The notes: generated by a model not told the origin, from the letters alone. Counted from the first letter of the stretch, positions 40,455 to 51,812 are shown. The stretch is DNA of 64,000 bases from Candidatus Hydrogenedens sp. (GCA_049968235.1 JBMFRC010000001.1:30243-94242); one strand, 5' to 3'. Numbers and translations: made by a program.

Positions 40455-41981
40455 ATGAGTTATGTAATTGGTATTGATGTAGGAACCAGTGGAACAAAAA
40501 TCGTTGCTATAAACGAAGAAGGGAAAGTAGTTGCATCTGTTATGAAAACTTATGATTTGCATAGTCCTAAACCGGGTTGGGCAGAACAAAATCCACATGA
40601 TTGGAAGAAAGCGGTATTTGATGGACTATCCGAAATTTGTCACCAGATTAACGGACAGGATGTCCGTGCTATTGGCTTAACAGGACAGATGCATGGTTCT
40701 GTTTTTTTAGATGAAAAAGGGGATGTTTTATATCCTGCGATTTTATGGTGTGACCAGCGAACAGCCAAACAATGTGAAAAGATTAATGAAATCGTCGGGG
40801 AAAAGAAACTTCTGGAAATGGTATCCAATCCTGCTTTAACAGGATTTACCGCTCCGAAAATTCTGTGGTTAAGAGACGAGGTTCCGGAGGTATATAAGAA
40901 AGTAAAGCATGTTCTGTTACCGAAAGATTATATCCGTTATGAACTTACTGGAGAATTTGCTTCAGATGTAGCGGATGCTTCGGGAACATTACTTTTTAAT
41001 GTCAATAAACGGTGCTGGCATGAGGAACTTTTAAGCAAATTGGATATACCTGTTGCATGGTTACCTAAAGTTTATGAAGGTACAGAGGTTACAGGTAAAA
41101 TAAAATCTTCTGTTGCAGAGCAACTGCGTTTATCTCCGGATGCGGTTGTTGTTGCAGGTGGAGGCGACCAGTCTGCAGGAGGTGTAGGTTGTGGAGTTGT
41201 CCGTTCGGGGATTGTTTCTGCTTCTCTGGGAACAAGTGGTGTCGTTTTTGCATTTGCGGAACATGTTCATACGGACCCGGAAGGGCGTGTTCATACTTTC
41301 TGCCATTCTGTTCCGGGAGCATGGCATGTAATGGGCGTCATGTTAAGTGCAGGGGGTTCTCTTCAATGGTTTCGAAATAAACTATGTAAGGAGGAGATTG
41401 AAAAATCAAAAGAAACAGGTATTGATACTTATGAATATATTACAGGACCGGCGGGAAAAGTTCCTATTGGCTCGAATGGCTTGATTTTCCTTCCCTATTT
41501 AACCGGGGAACGTACTCCCCATAAAGACCCCTATGCAAGAGGTGCTTTTATAGGCTTGTCTTTGATGCATGGGAAAACAGAAATGGCAAGGGCTGTAATG
41601 GAAGGGGTTGCTTTTGGTATGCGAGATAGTGTTGAGATTATGAGGGGAATGGGAATACCCATTAATGAGGTTCGTATATCAGGTGGAGGAGCACGGAGTA
41701 GTTTGTGGAGACAAATAATGGCTGATATATGTAAAGTTCCTATGATAGTTATAAATGTGGATGAAGGGCCTGCCTTTGGAGCAGGTTTGTTAGCAAGTAT
41801 TTCGGCGGGGATATTTACATCTCTTTCGGAAGCATGTGAAAGTATCATCAAGGAGTTGCACCGAGTAGAGCCTAATCCACAAAGCAGTGAGGAATATGAA
41901 TTCTGGTACCAGGAATATAGGTCGGCATATTTATCCATTGCACCTGCTTTTAGAAGAATTGGGAAAAAGTTAGAAGGATAA
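40455..41981 (+). CDS. xylB: Xylulokinase (FGGY carbohydrate kinase)
   Basis: N-terminal IGIDVGTSGTK, FGGY N- and C-domains, length 508 aa. Confidence 0.8.
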   Translation: MSYVIGIDVGTSGTKIVAINEEGKVVASVMKTYDLHSPKPGWAEQNPHDWKKAVFDGLSEICHQINGQDVRAIGLTGQMHGSVFLDEKGDVLYPAILWCDQRTAKQCEKINEIVGEKKLLEMVSNPALTGFTAPKILWLRDEVPEVYKKVKHVLLPKDYIRYELTGEFASDVADASGTLLFNVNKRCWHEELLSKLDIPVAWLPKVYEGTEVTGKIKSSVAEQLRLSPDAVVVAGGGDQSAGGVGCGVVRSGIVSASLGTSGVVFAFAEHVHTDPEGRVHTFCHSVPGAWHVMGVMLSAGGSLQWFRNKLCKEEIEKSKETGIDTYEYITGPAGKVPIGSNGLIFLPYLTGERTPHKDPYARGAFIGLSLMHGKTEMARAVMEGVAFGMRDSVEIMRGMGIPINEVRISGGGARSSLWRQIMADICKVPMIVINVDEGPAFGAGLLASISAGIFTSLSEACESIIKELHRVEPNPQSSEEYEFWYQEYRSAYLSIAPAFRRIGKKLEG

Positions 41982-42374
41982 AGAATTTTTTTATATATGA
42001 GGCCTCTGAATAAAACATATACGATAAATAGTATATGAAAGTTTATATACAGGAAGGATAAGGGAAAAAATGAAACGAAAGATGTATATATTTCACAAAA
42101 GGAATAGGTTAATTACACAGTAAAGAAAAAGTTAAATGGAGAAAGGTAAATGTGCGGTACAATGAAAGAGGTAAAGCAGATGAGGTTTTTAGATTATGCA
42201 GTATCAAAACAGAAACCGACATGATGAGAGAAATAATTGAAAGTGATGCCAGAGATAACCCTGTGGGAGAAATTGAAATGTAGATGAGTAGAGGGGAGTG
42301 TATAAATAAAACTGGGGATAGCGAAGGAGGTTTGTCCTTACTATTTTATGCATTGTTAACCAGTGAGTGATGAT

Positions 42375-42690
42375 TTCTTTTTGTTCTCTGTGGTTGATTA
42401 TGTTTTTTACATTACGGAGAACACGGAGAGGCTCAGAAAGAGGAGTATATCATTTCTTGTTAATGATTGCATATAATTTGAAGCGGATGTATGGGGAATT
42501 AAGGGAGCAAAAGGAGAGTTATGCATAGATAATAAAAAAATAAAAGAACTGACAGAAAATAATAACCGAAATGGGTAAAGGTAGAAATACAGACTCTTGT
42601 ATTTTAATTTCGTATGGGAATTTTATCTCATAAATAATTTATAATTTATACCCTAACCTTTTGCACGAATTGTTCAGAGGTCTCAAATAT
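42375..42690 (+). repeat. Intergenic repeated element, copy B (paralogue of 15375-15785)
   Basis: Shares the promoter-like CTTGTTAATGATTGCATATAAT, the mini-ORF AAGGAG-N5-ATGCATAGATAA and the terminal GAATTGTTCAGAGGTCTC. It abuts the stop of the 764-aa gene. Confidence 0.7.
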
Positions 42691-42693
42691 TGT

Positions 42694-44988
42694 TCAGGTA
42701 CTTGCATACTGGCGCAATTCTTGTAAAATTGTGGAAAGGCGTTCTGATGTTTTTTCGATATAAGGGAGAAATCTTTTTCCTTTTCCTTCACGAACCCCCA
42801 TACGATATTCCGTAAATTCACCTGCTAATTTTAAGACCTCTTCTTTATATTTATCCACAATAGTATTTTTTCCCTCACTTAATAAACGACACAAGACACC
42901 ATCACAGGCACATAAAATAGCCCCAACCTCAAAAAGTTTCCCCCGTACTTTATATATATCTTCTATTGTATAAAGGGTATTCGTTACTTGATTTTTTATT
43001 TCTACCATTTTTTGTAAGGTATTCATGGATTGTTTTTCTTTTAATTCTCTTATCCTATCTATTATTTTTTCTACCGATGGTAAATAGGGTTTAAGTAGTT
43101 CAACATTAATTGAAATTTGTTGCTCAATATAATCAAAAATTCGATACATAATTATCTCTCCCCAACGCTGGCATTCTTCGGGAGTAGCAATAAGAATAAT
43201 TTGTCCCTGTCCGGGAAACATTTCGCGATGGAAAGAGGGAGGTAGTTCTTCCCACTGGTAAGAACGGACAAATTGAGTAGCGTCGTATGCACGATATTGT
43301 TCCGGTAAAGCGGAACGGAAATTAATATTAACCCCTGTTACTTCTGATGTGTCTTGATTTACAAGATAAAACAACCAGAAATTTTCTCCTTTCATCCATG
43401 TATGAATTAAAATATCAACATTATCGGGACATCTTGAACGAGGATGTTTCCGTGATTGGATATCCGGTGAAAAATCAGGAGGATTTGTAGGTTTTGCTGT
43501 CATCACTAACGAGGCAAGAGAGTAGAAGCATCCTAACCTCCCTCCTAATTCCTGCCAGACATCACTGAAAGTCAGGAAAGGTCCTGTTAAAGAACGCTGA
43601 CATTCACCTCCTGACCATAGCGGTATATTATGGTATGTATAACTTAGCCATCCGCGGACACCGCTGGATATTGCCAAATTGACCATAAGTCGTATTTCTG
43701 GCGCAGAATTCCAAATAGGGGCGCCGGAACCAAAAACAAATGCGGGACCAATTGCCCATAAATGTTGCCCATTAACAAATTTTATATGGGTTTTAAGGAC
43801 ATGTCCTAATTCCCATGGAGTTTTTGATTTCCAATGACTTATCCCGGAAATTGAAGAAAAGGGAGCGTATACGGGGAAGGCATTGGCTTCTCGTGTAAGG
43901 TAAATGACAGGATGTTTTTCATCTATCTGTTCAATTTTCTTTTTGATTTGTATATAAGCATCTACTTCCGAATCGGAGGGATTTTCTTTGATTACCCATC
44001 CGAACAAATTATCTTCGGTAGAATATCTTTTAATAGAATGCTCTTTTTCTTTGATAAATGATGCTGTCTTTGTAGGTTCCAGGAGTACGGTTTCTTCTTC
44101 TAAAGAAATGATTAATTTAATATTGTGTTTTTTAGAGGTTTCAAAGAGTACTTCCTGGTCTCCTGGCAGGAATTCATAAAATCTTTCTACAAAGGCAACA
44201 TTATGATAATGTAGAGACATATCTTCAAATAATAAATCCAGATAAGAAGATAGGTCTATTTTCATAAGATGGGACATATTTCGGGCTGTATTAGCATTGA
44301 TATAGGTTCCTATCGGAAAGAAATTATCCAGGACAGGATAATGAATCGGTTTTTCATTGGCGGATGGTAAAATATCTTTTTTGTTGAGCAGGTTTCTTTC
44401 TCTTTCCGTAGGTTCTCGAAAGCGTATACTGCGAATATACATTGTCTCTTTTGTTCTTGTAAATGAATATAAGCGGAGAGCAAAGTTTTCCATCTTTCTC
44501 GGGAAACTATTGAAACACCATGCCCTTGCTACTGTAATCCATTTAAAATCCATATCGAGGAATTCAAAAAATTGACCTGTTGTATAGTGCCATGTCCATG
44601 CGGGAAGACATTTACCATATTGCATACGATAGGATATTTCAACAATGGGGTGTTTGTTCTGTGCTATAGGGAAATGGGGAACAGAACTTGTTCGAGTGCT
44701 TAATGGAACCCAGTAACTGGGTCTTTCCATGTCTTTTAAAAAATTTAATCTGCGTAATCCAGTAAAATCACCCGTCCATCGTAGAACTTTTTCTCCATCT
44801 ATTTCATCTATCATCTTTCGGGCAGGGATATCTTTCCACTCCTGTTCTCCCGGGTCATCTTCCTGGGACCATTTCATCAAATCTTCTGCATAAAATGTAA
44901 TATTTGAACATCTCTCCCGTTCTTCTAAAGTTGGCGGTTCTTTGATTTTGTTTAGAAGTCCTTTGTAAATATAATATTCGTTTTCCAT
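42694..44988 (-). CDS. Hypothetical 764-aa protein (possible glycoside-hydrolase-like; co-oriented with sugar ABC transporter genes)
   Basis: Long ORF with no recognised motifs. A hydrolase role is suggested only by context. Confidence 0.4.
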   Translation of the reverse strand: MENEYYIYKGLLNKIKEPPTLEERERCSNITFYAEDLMKWSQEDDPGEQEWKDIPARKMIDEIDGEKVLRWTGDFTGLRRLNFLKDMERPSYWVPLSTRTSSVPHFPIAQNKHPIVEISYRMQYGKCLPAWTWHYTTGQFFEFLDMDFKWITVARAWCFNSFPRKMENFALRLYSFTRTKETMYIRSIRFREPTERERNLLNKKDILPSANEKPIHYPVLDNFFPIGTYINANTARNMSHLMKIDLSSYLDLLFEDMSLHYHNVAFVERFYEFLPGDQEVLFETSKKHNIKLIISLEEETVLLEPTKTASFIKEKEHSIKRYSTEDNLFGWVIKENPSDSEVDAYIQIKKKIEQIDEKHPVIYLTREANAFPVYAPFSSISGISHWKSKTPWELGHVLKTHIKFVNGQHLWAIGPAFVFGSGAPIWNSAPEIRLMVNLAISSGVRGWLSYTYHNIPLWSGGECQRSLTGPFLTFSDVWQELGGRLGCFYSLASLVMTAKPTNPPDFSPDIQSRKHPRSRCPDNVDILIHTWMKGENFWLFYLVNQDTSEVTGVNINFRSALPEQYRAYDATQFVRSYQWEELPPSFHREMFPGQGQIILIATPEECQRWGEIIMYRIFDYIEQQISINVELLKPYLPSVEKIIDRIRELKEKQSMNTLQKMVEIKNQVTNTLYTIEDIYKVRGKLFEVGAILCACDGVLCRLLSEGKNTIVDKYKEEVLKLAGEFTEYRMGVREGKGKRFLPYIEKTSERLSTILQELRQYAST

Positions 44989-44990
44989 AT

Positions 44991-46076
44991 TTATTTTGCT
45001 TCTTTTTGTGCTTCTATAGTTCTTTTTTTCTGTGAGCGTCGCATAAAGAATTCATCTGCACAAACACCTGCCAGGATAGCACCACCAATAACGACATATT
45101 CCAGTTCACTGCGAATACCCAAAATATTGACAAGATTGCGTAGAACCATAATAAGGGCGATACCTAAAATAACCCCAATCACATTTCCTGTGCCACCTCG
45201 AAGACTGCACCCACCTAAGACGGCACCTGCAACCGCATATAATTCATAGAAACTGCCGAAATCGGAGGGCTGGACTGAATTTACCTTAAAAGCAAATAGA
45301 AGTCCCCCAATACCTGCTATTATGCTACAAATGACATACGCTAATAATTTTAAACGGTTGGTCTGAATACCACTAAAGCGAGCCGATTCTTCATTGGCAC
45401 CTAAGGCAAAAAGATGTCTGCCCATAGGGGAAAGGTGTAAGAAAAGACCTACAATAATAGTAAAAAGTATCATAATTACAAGAGGAGCGGCGATTAGATC
45501 CATAAGTAAGGCGACAGTAGAGGATGGAGCACCTCCGGAAGGTTGGAGAGAAGGAAACCAGTCTAAAAGTGTTCCTTTTCCTAACCATTTCCAGTTAGGT
45601 AGTGCATTTCCAAATCCCTGAGTTGTATCGCCGGCAAAGAAACGGGCAAAACTTCGATATGCGAACAAACCACAAAGTGTTACAACGAAAGGTTGAATAT
45701 TGAAGTAAGAAATGAGTGTTCCATGCCATAAACCAATAAGGGCAGAAATGCATAAGGCAAAGGGGAAAATCAGAAATGGAGACCAGCCCTGTCCTTTATC
45801 TATAAGGATACAGGAAATAACGGATACTAAACATACGACGCTCCCGATGGACAGGTCTATCCCTCCGGTAATAATAACTATGGATTGAGCCAGTGCTAAG
45901 ATTCCAAATAATCCTATCCATGGGAGTAAATTTTTAAAATTTGTCAGAGATAAAAAATTACTGGAAAAAGAAATACCTAAATCTTTTCCATGACGATACC
46001 ATTGTAGCCATTCCCAAAAATATGCCAACATACATAAAACTATAATAAGACCAATTAAGCCTAATGCTTTCCTCAT
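44991..46076 (-). CDS. Sugar ABC transporter permease (RbsC/YjfF-like)
   Basis: About 10-TM protein with RbsC-family spacing. Confidence 0.7.
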   Translation of the reverse strand: MRKALGLIGLIIVLCMLAYFWEWLQWYRHGKDLGISFSSNFLSLTNFKNLLPWIGLFGILALAQSIVIITGGIDLSIGSVVCLVSVISCILIDKGQGWSPFLIFPFALCISALIGLWHGTLISYFNIQPFVVTLCGLFAYRSFARFFAGDTTQGFGNALPNWKWLGKGTLLDWFPSLQPSGGAPSSTVALLMDLIAAPLVIMILFTIIVGLFLHLSPMGRHLFALGANEESARFSGIQTNRLKLLAYVICSIIAGIGGLLFAFKVNSVQPSDFGSFYELYAVAGAVLGGCSLRGGTGNVIGVILGIALIMVLRNLVNILGIRSELEYVVIGGAILAGVCADEFFMRRSQKKRTIEAQKEAK

Positions 46077-46098
46077 TCTTAGTTACCCTATATTGAAA

Positions 46099-47124
46099 TT
46101 ATGATTTACCTAAAATTTGTTTTAGTTCAGACCAGAACGAATCTACATTTTCTTTTGTTACGGATAAGGTTGGAATGAACATTTGTTTACTTTCCGGTAT
46201 ACTGGATGTATTTCCTTCTGCCAGTTCTTTCAAAATACGAACGGACTGGTATCCGAACTCAAAAGGTCTCTGCACAACGGTGCCATAAATATGTCCATCT
46301 TTTACACCCTGAAGTGTTTCATCTTCTTCATCAAAGCAAACTATTTTAACCTGTCCTAATTTACCTGAATCACGGACACCATTAAGGATGGCAGGACCAT
46401 TATAACTCCATAAACCGACAAAACATGCGACATCGGGATAACGCACTAAAGCATCCTGAACATTGGCTATCGCTTTGGCACGGTCGGTTTCATCCGTGCG
46501 TATATCTATAATTTGATGATCTGTAGATGTAATCTGTTTTTTCAAACCTTCCAATCGGTCTCGTGCATTTTGAGCATCTAAAGTACCTACACAAATAATA
46601 ATTTTTGAACGCGGTGGGGTACATGCCTGTACGAGTTTTCCTGCTTCAACTCCCGCATCGAAATTGTTTGTTCCGATATAACATTTTCTTAAACTATTGG
46701 GGGCATCACTGTCTTGGGTTATAAGGTTTGTTTTCTTTGCTGCTTCATTTAACATCTCTGTTTGATTTTCGGGGTCTTTGGGGCTAATCGCAATACCCGC
46801 AACACCTAAGGTAATCAGGTCTTGTAATATTTGTTGCTGTTGTTCTGCGGTACCTGCGGAAGGAATTCTGAAAATCACATCTACACCGAAATCCTGAGCA
46901 GCTTTTTTGGTTCCCGCTTCTGCTATCTTCCAGAAATCTGATGCATTATTAGTAATAAAAGCAACCTTAATCTTTCGGGCAGACAAGGATGCGGTTTGTT
47001 CTTTTTGTGATGTGGTGGAAGGAGAAGTTGAAGGTCCTTGTGACTTATTTCCGCAACCTATAACAAAGGTAATTACAAAAGCAAGGGATAGCACACAAAT
47101 TAAATTTTGTAGAGAACGGCACAT
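46099..47124 (-). CDS. Sugar ABC transporter substrate-binding lipoprotein (RbsB-like periplasmic binding protein)
   Basis: Signal peptide plus VIGCGN lipobox. PBP type-1 fold pattern. Confidence 0.7.
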   Translation of the reverse strand: MCRSLQNLICVLSLAFVITFVIGCGNKSQGPSTSPSTTSQKEQTASLSARKIKVAFITNNASDFWKIAEAGTKKAAQDFGVDVIFRIPSAGTAEQQQQILQDLITLGVAGIAISPKDPENQTEMLNEAAKKTNLITQDSDAPNSLRKCYIGTNNFDAGVEAGKLVQACTPPRSKIIICVGTLDAQNARDRLEGLKKQITSTDHQIIDIRTDETDRAKAIANVQDALVRYPDVACFVGLWSYNGPAILNGVRDSGKLGQVKIVCFDEEDETLQGVKDGHIYGTVVQRPFEFGYQSVRILKELAEGNTSSIPESKQMFIPTLSVTKENVDSFWSELKQILGKS

Positions 47125-47201
47125 ATTTTTTCCTCCATCAATATTTTTTATGTTTCAAACTTATAGTTTATCGTATTTATAGCCTTAATATTCAACCCTT
47201 A

Positions 47202-47921
47202 TTATGTGATGAAATCTTTTTTTAATGCATGGGATACAATTTCTTTGGCTCGGGATAGAGATTTCCAGTAGAAAATAGCCTTTAATATTTGTTTTTCATT
47301 TTCATATAAATCGCCATTGGATTGTAATAGGTCTATACGCTTCTGAAAAGCATGATACAGGACAATAGAAGCGGCCACGGATATATTGAAACTCTGGGTA
47401 AACCCATACATGGGGATAATAATACTTTCATCTGCCTGATGTATGATTTCTTTAGAAACTCCTTCATGCTCATTTCCAAAGACAATAGCGGTTGGAACTA
47501 AAAAATCCACTTCACCAATCGTTTTTGGAGAGTTTAATGAAGTAACACAAATTTTGTATCCTTTTTCCTTCAAATAAAAGATACAATCTAATGGTTTTTT
47601 CCAACGAAAAATATCGAGCCATTTTTCGGCTCCCTGAGCAACCCGATTTGCTTCTCGGTATTTAGCACTGGTTTCAATAATATGCACCGCTTGAAAGCCA
47701 AATGATTCCGAAGTTCTCAGCACTGCATTCATATTCCCTATGTCATATAATCCGTCTAAAACGGGCAGAATGGTATAGGTTCTGTTTTGTAATACTTCAT
47801 CAATTTTATTTATTCGTTTTGGTGTTAAACAAGGTTCTAAAGATTGAATAATCTGTCCGGATAGACAGGATATTCCTCCTAAATTCAACGGCTCTCTATA
47901 TGGGAAATAGGGATGAAACAT
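47202..47921 (-). CDS. SpoU/TrmH-family RNA 2'-O-methyltransferase
   Basis: SPOUT motifs (IVFGNEHEGVS, ...SLNVSVAASIVLY). Confidence 0.75.
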   Translation of the reverse strand: MFHPYFPYREPLNLGGISCLSGQIIQSLEPCLTPKRINKIDEVLQNRTYTILPVLDGLYDIGNMNAVLRTSESFGFQAVHIIETSAKYREANRVAQGAEKWLDIFRWKKPLDCIFYLKEKGYKICVTSLNSPKTIGEVDFLVPTAIVFGNEHEGVSKEIIHQADESIIIPMYGFTQSFNISVAASIVLYHAFQKRIDLLQSNGDLYENEKQILKAIFYWKSLSRAKEIVSHALKKDFIT

Positions 47922-48036
47922 AGTTCTTCTATTTGTTATTGAGGTTTGATAAAATGTGTGTCTTTGTTATACGATTTCCATAACTGTTATTATATCTAAT
48001 AAATGCGAGATTTTACCTTTTTATAAAGATAAGGCT

Positions 48037-48801
48037 ATGGGTGTCATTATTGCTTTTGCCAATCAAAAAGGTGGTGTAGGAAAAACGACAAGTGCTGTAA
48101 ATATATCCGCTTGTCTTGGAAATGAAGGTTATAAGACGCTTCTTATTGACCTTGACCCTCAAGGCAATGCAACACAGGGACTTGGCTTTAGTAAACACAC
48201 ATTAGAACACACCACTTATTCTGCACTGCTTTTGGATTTACCTATACAGGATGCTATAAAAAATACAACGTATAGGAATGTTTCTCTAATTCCTTCTAAT
48301 AGTGCTTTGGCAGGGGCAGAAGTGGAATTAATTGAGATGGAAAACAGGGAATATAGATTAAAAACGAGCATAGCACCGATAGTTTCAGATTTTGATTACA
48401 TTATTATCGATTGTCCACCTGCTTTAGGGTTGTTAACAATTAATGGTCTGGTATCTGCTCAAAAAGCAATTGTTCCTCTGCAATGTGAATATTATGCATT
48501 GGAAGGATTGGGAGAATTATTGCAGACGGTAAAACGAATTCGAGAGAATTTTAATCCTAATTTAGAAATTTTGGGAATATTACTGACGATGTTTCAACAT
48601 ACAAATCTTTCTCGACAGGTTGTTAGTGAAGTACAACAATATCTGGGAAATAAGGTTTTTCAGACGATAGTTCCGCGAAATGTAACTCTAAGTGAGGCAC
48701 CCAGTTTCGGAAAACCTGTAATTTATTATGATGGGAAGTCTATTGGTGCTCAGGCATATATTGCATTAACAAAGGAGATAATATCCCGTGAATGCCAATA
48801 A
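48037..48801 (+). CDS. parA: Chromosome partitioning ATPase ParA/Soj
   Basis: Deviant Walker A NQKGGVGKTT. Start set at MGVII..., not the upstream track start. Confidence 0.9.
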   Translation: MGVIIAFANQKGGVGKTTSAVNISACLGNEGYKTLLIDLDPQGNATQGLGFSKHTLEHTTYSALLLDLPIQDAIKNTTYRNVSLIPSNSALAGAEVELIEMENREYRLKTSIAPIVSDFDYIIIDCPPALGLLTINGLVSAQKAIVPLQCEYYALEGLGELLQTVKRIRENFNPNLEILGILLTMFQHTNLSRQVVSEVQQYLGNKVFQTIVPRNVTLSEAPSFGKPVIYYDGKSIGAQAYIALTKEIISRECQ

Positions 48802-49696
48802 AAAGAAAGCATTAGGAAAAGGTTTAGATGCAATATTAGGTCCGATACGAACAGAGAAACCAGAGGAAGTAACCTCTGTTTCACAACAAGGGAAAGTATC
48901 CAGTGAGCAAATACTTTTATTAAATCCTGCTGAGGTTATCCCCAGTAAAGTTCAAACGCGTAAAACTTTCCGTGAAGCCTCTATTCAGAAGTTAGCCGAT
49001 TCCATAAAACAACATGGGTTGCAGGAACCTGTAGTTGTTCGTAAGACGGGGGATAAGTATGAATTGGTCTGTGGAGAGCGAAGATTACGGGCGTGCATTT
49101 TAGCCGGATTGAAGGAAATTCCGGCAATATGTCGCAATATATCTGATGATGAATCAATTTTATTGGGTTTGATTGAAAATATACAGCGGGAAGATTTAAA
49201 TCCTATCGAAGAAGCGGAAGCATATCAATCCATTTTGAACCGATTTAACTGGTCTCAGGAACAGTTGTCTGAAACCGTAGGAAAAGACCGTTCTACGATT
49301 GCCAATGCCTTGAGACTGCTTTCTCTCCCTCTATCTGTTCAAAATATGGTCATTGAGGGGATATTAACGATGGGACATGCACGAGCGTTATTAGGTCTAT
49401 CGGACATGGAACTTATAGTTCAAATTGCACAACAGGTTGTAGAACGCGGTCTTTCGGTCCGGCAGACAGAGCAATGGGTAGCACGGTTAAAAGATAATAC
49501 AAAGAAGAAACCTATCACATACCAAAAGACAAAGAATATCCAAATTGTCGAAATCGAACAGGAACTATGCAGGCGGTTAGGGACTAAAGTTAATATTAAA
49601 CATGGGAATTCCGGAAAAGGGAAAATCGAGGTATCTTATTTTAATAATGAAGAATTTTCGAGGATATTAAAAGTGTTAGGAATTAATTTAGAATAA
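48788..49696 (+). CDS. parB: Chromosome partitioning protein ParB/Spo0J
   Basis: ParB box GERRLRA and an HTH region. Confidence 0.9.
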   Translation: MNANKKKALGKGLDAILGPIRTEKPEEVTSVSQQGKVSSEQILLLNPAEVIPSKVQTRKTFREASIQKLADSIKQHGLQEPVVVRKTGDKYELVCGERRLRACILAGLKEIPAICRNISDDESILLGLIENIQREDLNPIEEAEAYQSILNRFNWSQEQLSETVGKDRSTIANALRLLSLPLSVQNMVIEGILTMGHARALLGLSDMELIVQIAQQVVERGLSVRQTEQWVARLKDNTKKKPITYQKTKNIQIVEIEQELCRRLGTKVNIKHGNSGKGKIEVSYFNNEEFSRILKVLGINLE

Positions 49697-49712
49697 CAAC
49701 GCGTAAAAAGGA

Positions 49713-50987
49713 TTGTTTATGATAGATATTAAACTTATTCGTTCTGACCCGGACAAAGTCAGAGAAGCCTTAGACAAACGAGGTAAAGAAATCCGACTGG
49801 AAGAATTATTAGAAATAGACCGTATTCGGAGAGAAAAGTTATATCAATGTGAGCAATTACGGGCAGAACAAAATCGAACAGGTGAACTGATTGCTCAAAA
49901 AAAGCGACAAAAAGAAAATGTAGATGAATTGTTAAGTTCAATGGTTCAGATTAAACAGAATATTGCACAATTGGAAGAAGAATTAAAATTGTATGATGAA
50001 CAACTTGAACAGATATTACTAACACTTCCTAACTTACCTCATGAGAGTATTCCCGTTGGAAAAGACTCTTCGGAAAATCGTATTGAACGAAAATGGGGAG
50101 AACCTAAATGTTTTGATTTTGAACCGTGGGACCATGTCCAATTAGGAGAATACCTGAAAATATTTGATTTTGACCGTGCTGTAAAAATTGCGAAGACAAG
50201 ATTTGCTCTTTCGACAGGCGCCGGTGCCTTGCTGGAAAGAGCGTTAATTAATTTCATGTTAGATATACATACTTCTCAGCATGGCTATAAGGAAGTTTTA
50301 CCACCGTTTCTCGTTAATTCTGCAACAATGCAGGGAACAGGGCAATTGCCTAAATTTGCAGAGGATTTATTCCGTATAGAAAATTTTGATTTATGGCTGA
50401 TTCCGACTGCGGAGGTTCCTGTGACCAATATCCATCGTGATGAAATCATTCCAGATGAGATGCTTCCCATAAAATATGTTGCTTATACTCCGTGCTTTCG
50501 TAGTGAAGCAGGTTCGTATGGCAAAGATACACGGGGTATGATACGACAGCACCAGTTTAATAAAGTAGAACTCGTGAAATTTACACGACCGGAAGAGTCG
50601 TGGGATGAGTTGGAAAAATTAACAAATGATGCAGAACATATTTTGCAGTTATTAGGTCTCCCCTATCAAGTAGTAACTTTGTGCACCGGCGATTTGGGTT
50701 TCTCTGCCTCAAAAACTTATGACTTGGAAGTATGGTTACCGGGACAAGATTGTTATCGTGAAATTAGTTCTTGCTCCAATTTCACAGATTTTCAGGCAAG
50801 AAGAGCCAATATTCGTTTTAAGAGAGAGAAAAAGCCAGAATTTGTGCATACACTCAATGGTTCGGGTCTTGCTGTGGGACGAACTGTTGTTGCTATTCTG
50901 GAAAATTATCAACAATCAGACCATTCTGTTATCATTCCTGAAGTTTTAAGACCTTATATGCATGGTTTAGAAAGGATTGAACCTTAA
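49713..50987 (+). CDS. serS: Seryl-tRNA synthetase
   Basis: N-terminal coiled-coil, class II motifs ([10 protein letters not shown], ...GSGLAVGRT). Confidence 0.9.
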   Translation: MFMIDIKLIRSDPDKVREALDKRGKEIRLEELLEIDRIRREKLYQCEQLRAEQNRTGELIAQKKRQKENVDELLSSMVQIKQNIAQLEEELKLYDEQLEQILLTLPNLPHESIPVGKDSSENRIERKWGEPKCFDFEPWDHVQLGEYLKIFDFDRAVKIAKTRFALSTGAGALLERALINFMLDIHTSQHGYKEVLPPFLVNSATMQGTGQLPKFAEDLFRIENFDLWLIPTAEVPVTNIHRDEIIPDEMLPIKYVAYTPCFRSEAGSYGKDTRGMIRQHQFNKVELVKFTRPEESWDELEKLTNDAEHILQLLGLPYQVVTLCTGDLGFSASKTYDLEVWLPGQDCYREISSCSNFTDFQARRANIRFKREKKPEFVHTLNGSGLAVGRTVVAILENYQQSDHSVIIPEVLRPYMHGLERIEP

Positions 50988-50989
50988 CT

Positions 50990-51760
50990 ATGAGTGAACT
51001 TATTAAAAAATCTGCAGAGTTAATTGCGAATTCCAAGAATGTGGTCGCAGTAACAGGTGCGGGAATTTCTGTTGAAAGTGGGATTCCTGATTTCCGAAGT
51101 GAAGGGGGGCTCTGGTCGCGTTTCCCACCTGAAGAATATGCTACATATGAGGCATTTCTGGATAATCCGGACAAGGTTTGGGAATTGTTTTATGAAATTG
51201 GGGATACGATTGCAAAAGCAAAACCCAATCCTGCCCATATTGCCCTTGCGAGGTTGGAGGAATTGGGCCATCTGGTAGCAGTAATCACACAAAATATTGA
51301 TAATTTGCACTATTCCGCGGGAAGTAAAACAGTAGTTGAATATCATGGAAATGCCCAGATACTTTCTTGCACAGCCTGCTGGCGAAAAAGACCTATGAGT
51401 CTATCTCATCGGAATCATGGGGCACCGCGTTGTGAATGTGGTGGATATATGAAGCCTGATGTTGTGTTATTTGGGGAACCCATTCCTTCTCAGGCACTAT
51501 TTATGGGAGAAACATTAGCAAAAAGTTGTGAAGTTATGCTGGTTGTCGGGACATCGGCTCAAGTCTATCCCGCTGCATCTCTCCCTTATACTGCAAAACA
51601 ATGGGGTGCGTTTATTATCGAATTTAATGTGAATAGAACACCATTTACAGAGTCTGTAACGGACATATTTATCGAAGGACCCGTTGGACAAACATTACCG
51701 GAAATATTGAAGTGTGTGGAAGAAATAGATAAACAAAAACAAGTAGACAAAAATGATTAA
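50990..51760 (+). CDS. cobB: NAD-dependent protein deacylase (Sir2 family)
   Basis: GAGISVESGIPDFR motif, Zn-ribbon cysteines and catalytic His. Confidence 0.85.
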   Translation: MSELIKKSAELIANSKNVVAVTGAGISVESGIPDFRSEGGLWSRFPPEEYATYEAFLDNPDKVWELFYEIGDTIAKAKPNPAHIALARLEELGHLVAVITQNIDNLHYSAGSKTVVEYHGNAQILSCTACWRKRPMSLSHRNHGAPRCECGGYMKPDVVLFGEPIPSQALFMGETLAKSCEVMLVVGTSAQVYPAASLPYTAKQWGAFIIEFNVNRTPFTESVTDIFIEGPVGQTLPEILKCVEEIDKQKQVDKND

Positions 51761-51812
51761 TTGTGCTATAATCTATAAATAAATTTAACTCCAATAGAAG
51801 GAGTAGATTGGT

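Noticed and set aside
15375-42690. Interpreting the two repeat copies as attL/attR of an integrated element or as a MITE pair
   Set aside because: The intervening 27 kb is core housekeeping (tig, clpP, dxs, mrp, ppdK). There are no terminal inverted repeats, integrase or target-site duplication.
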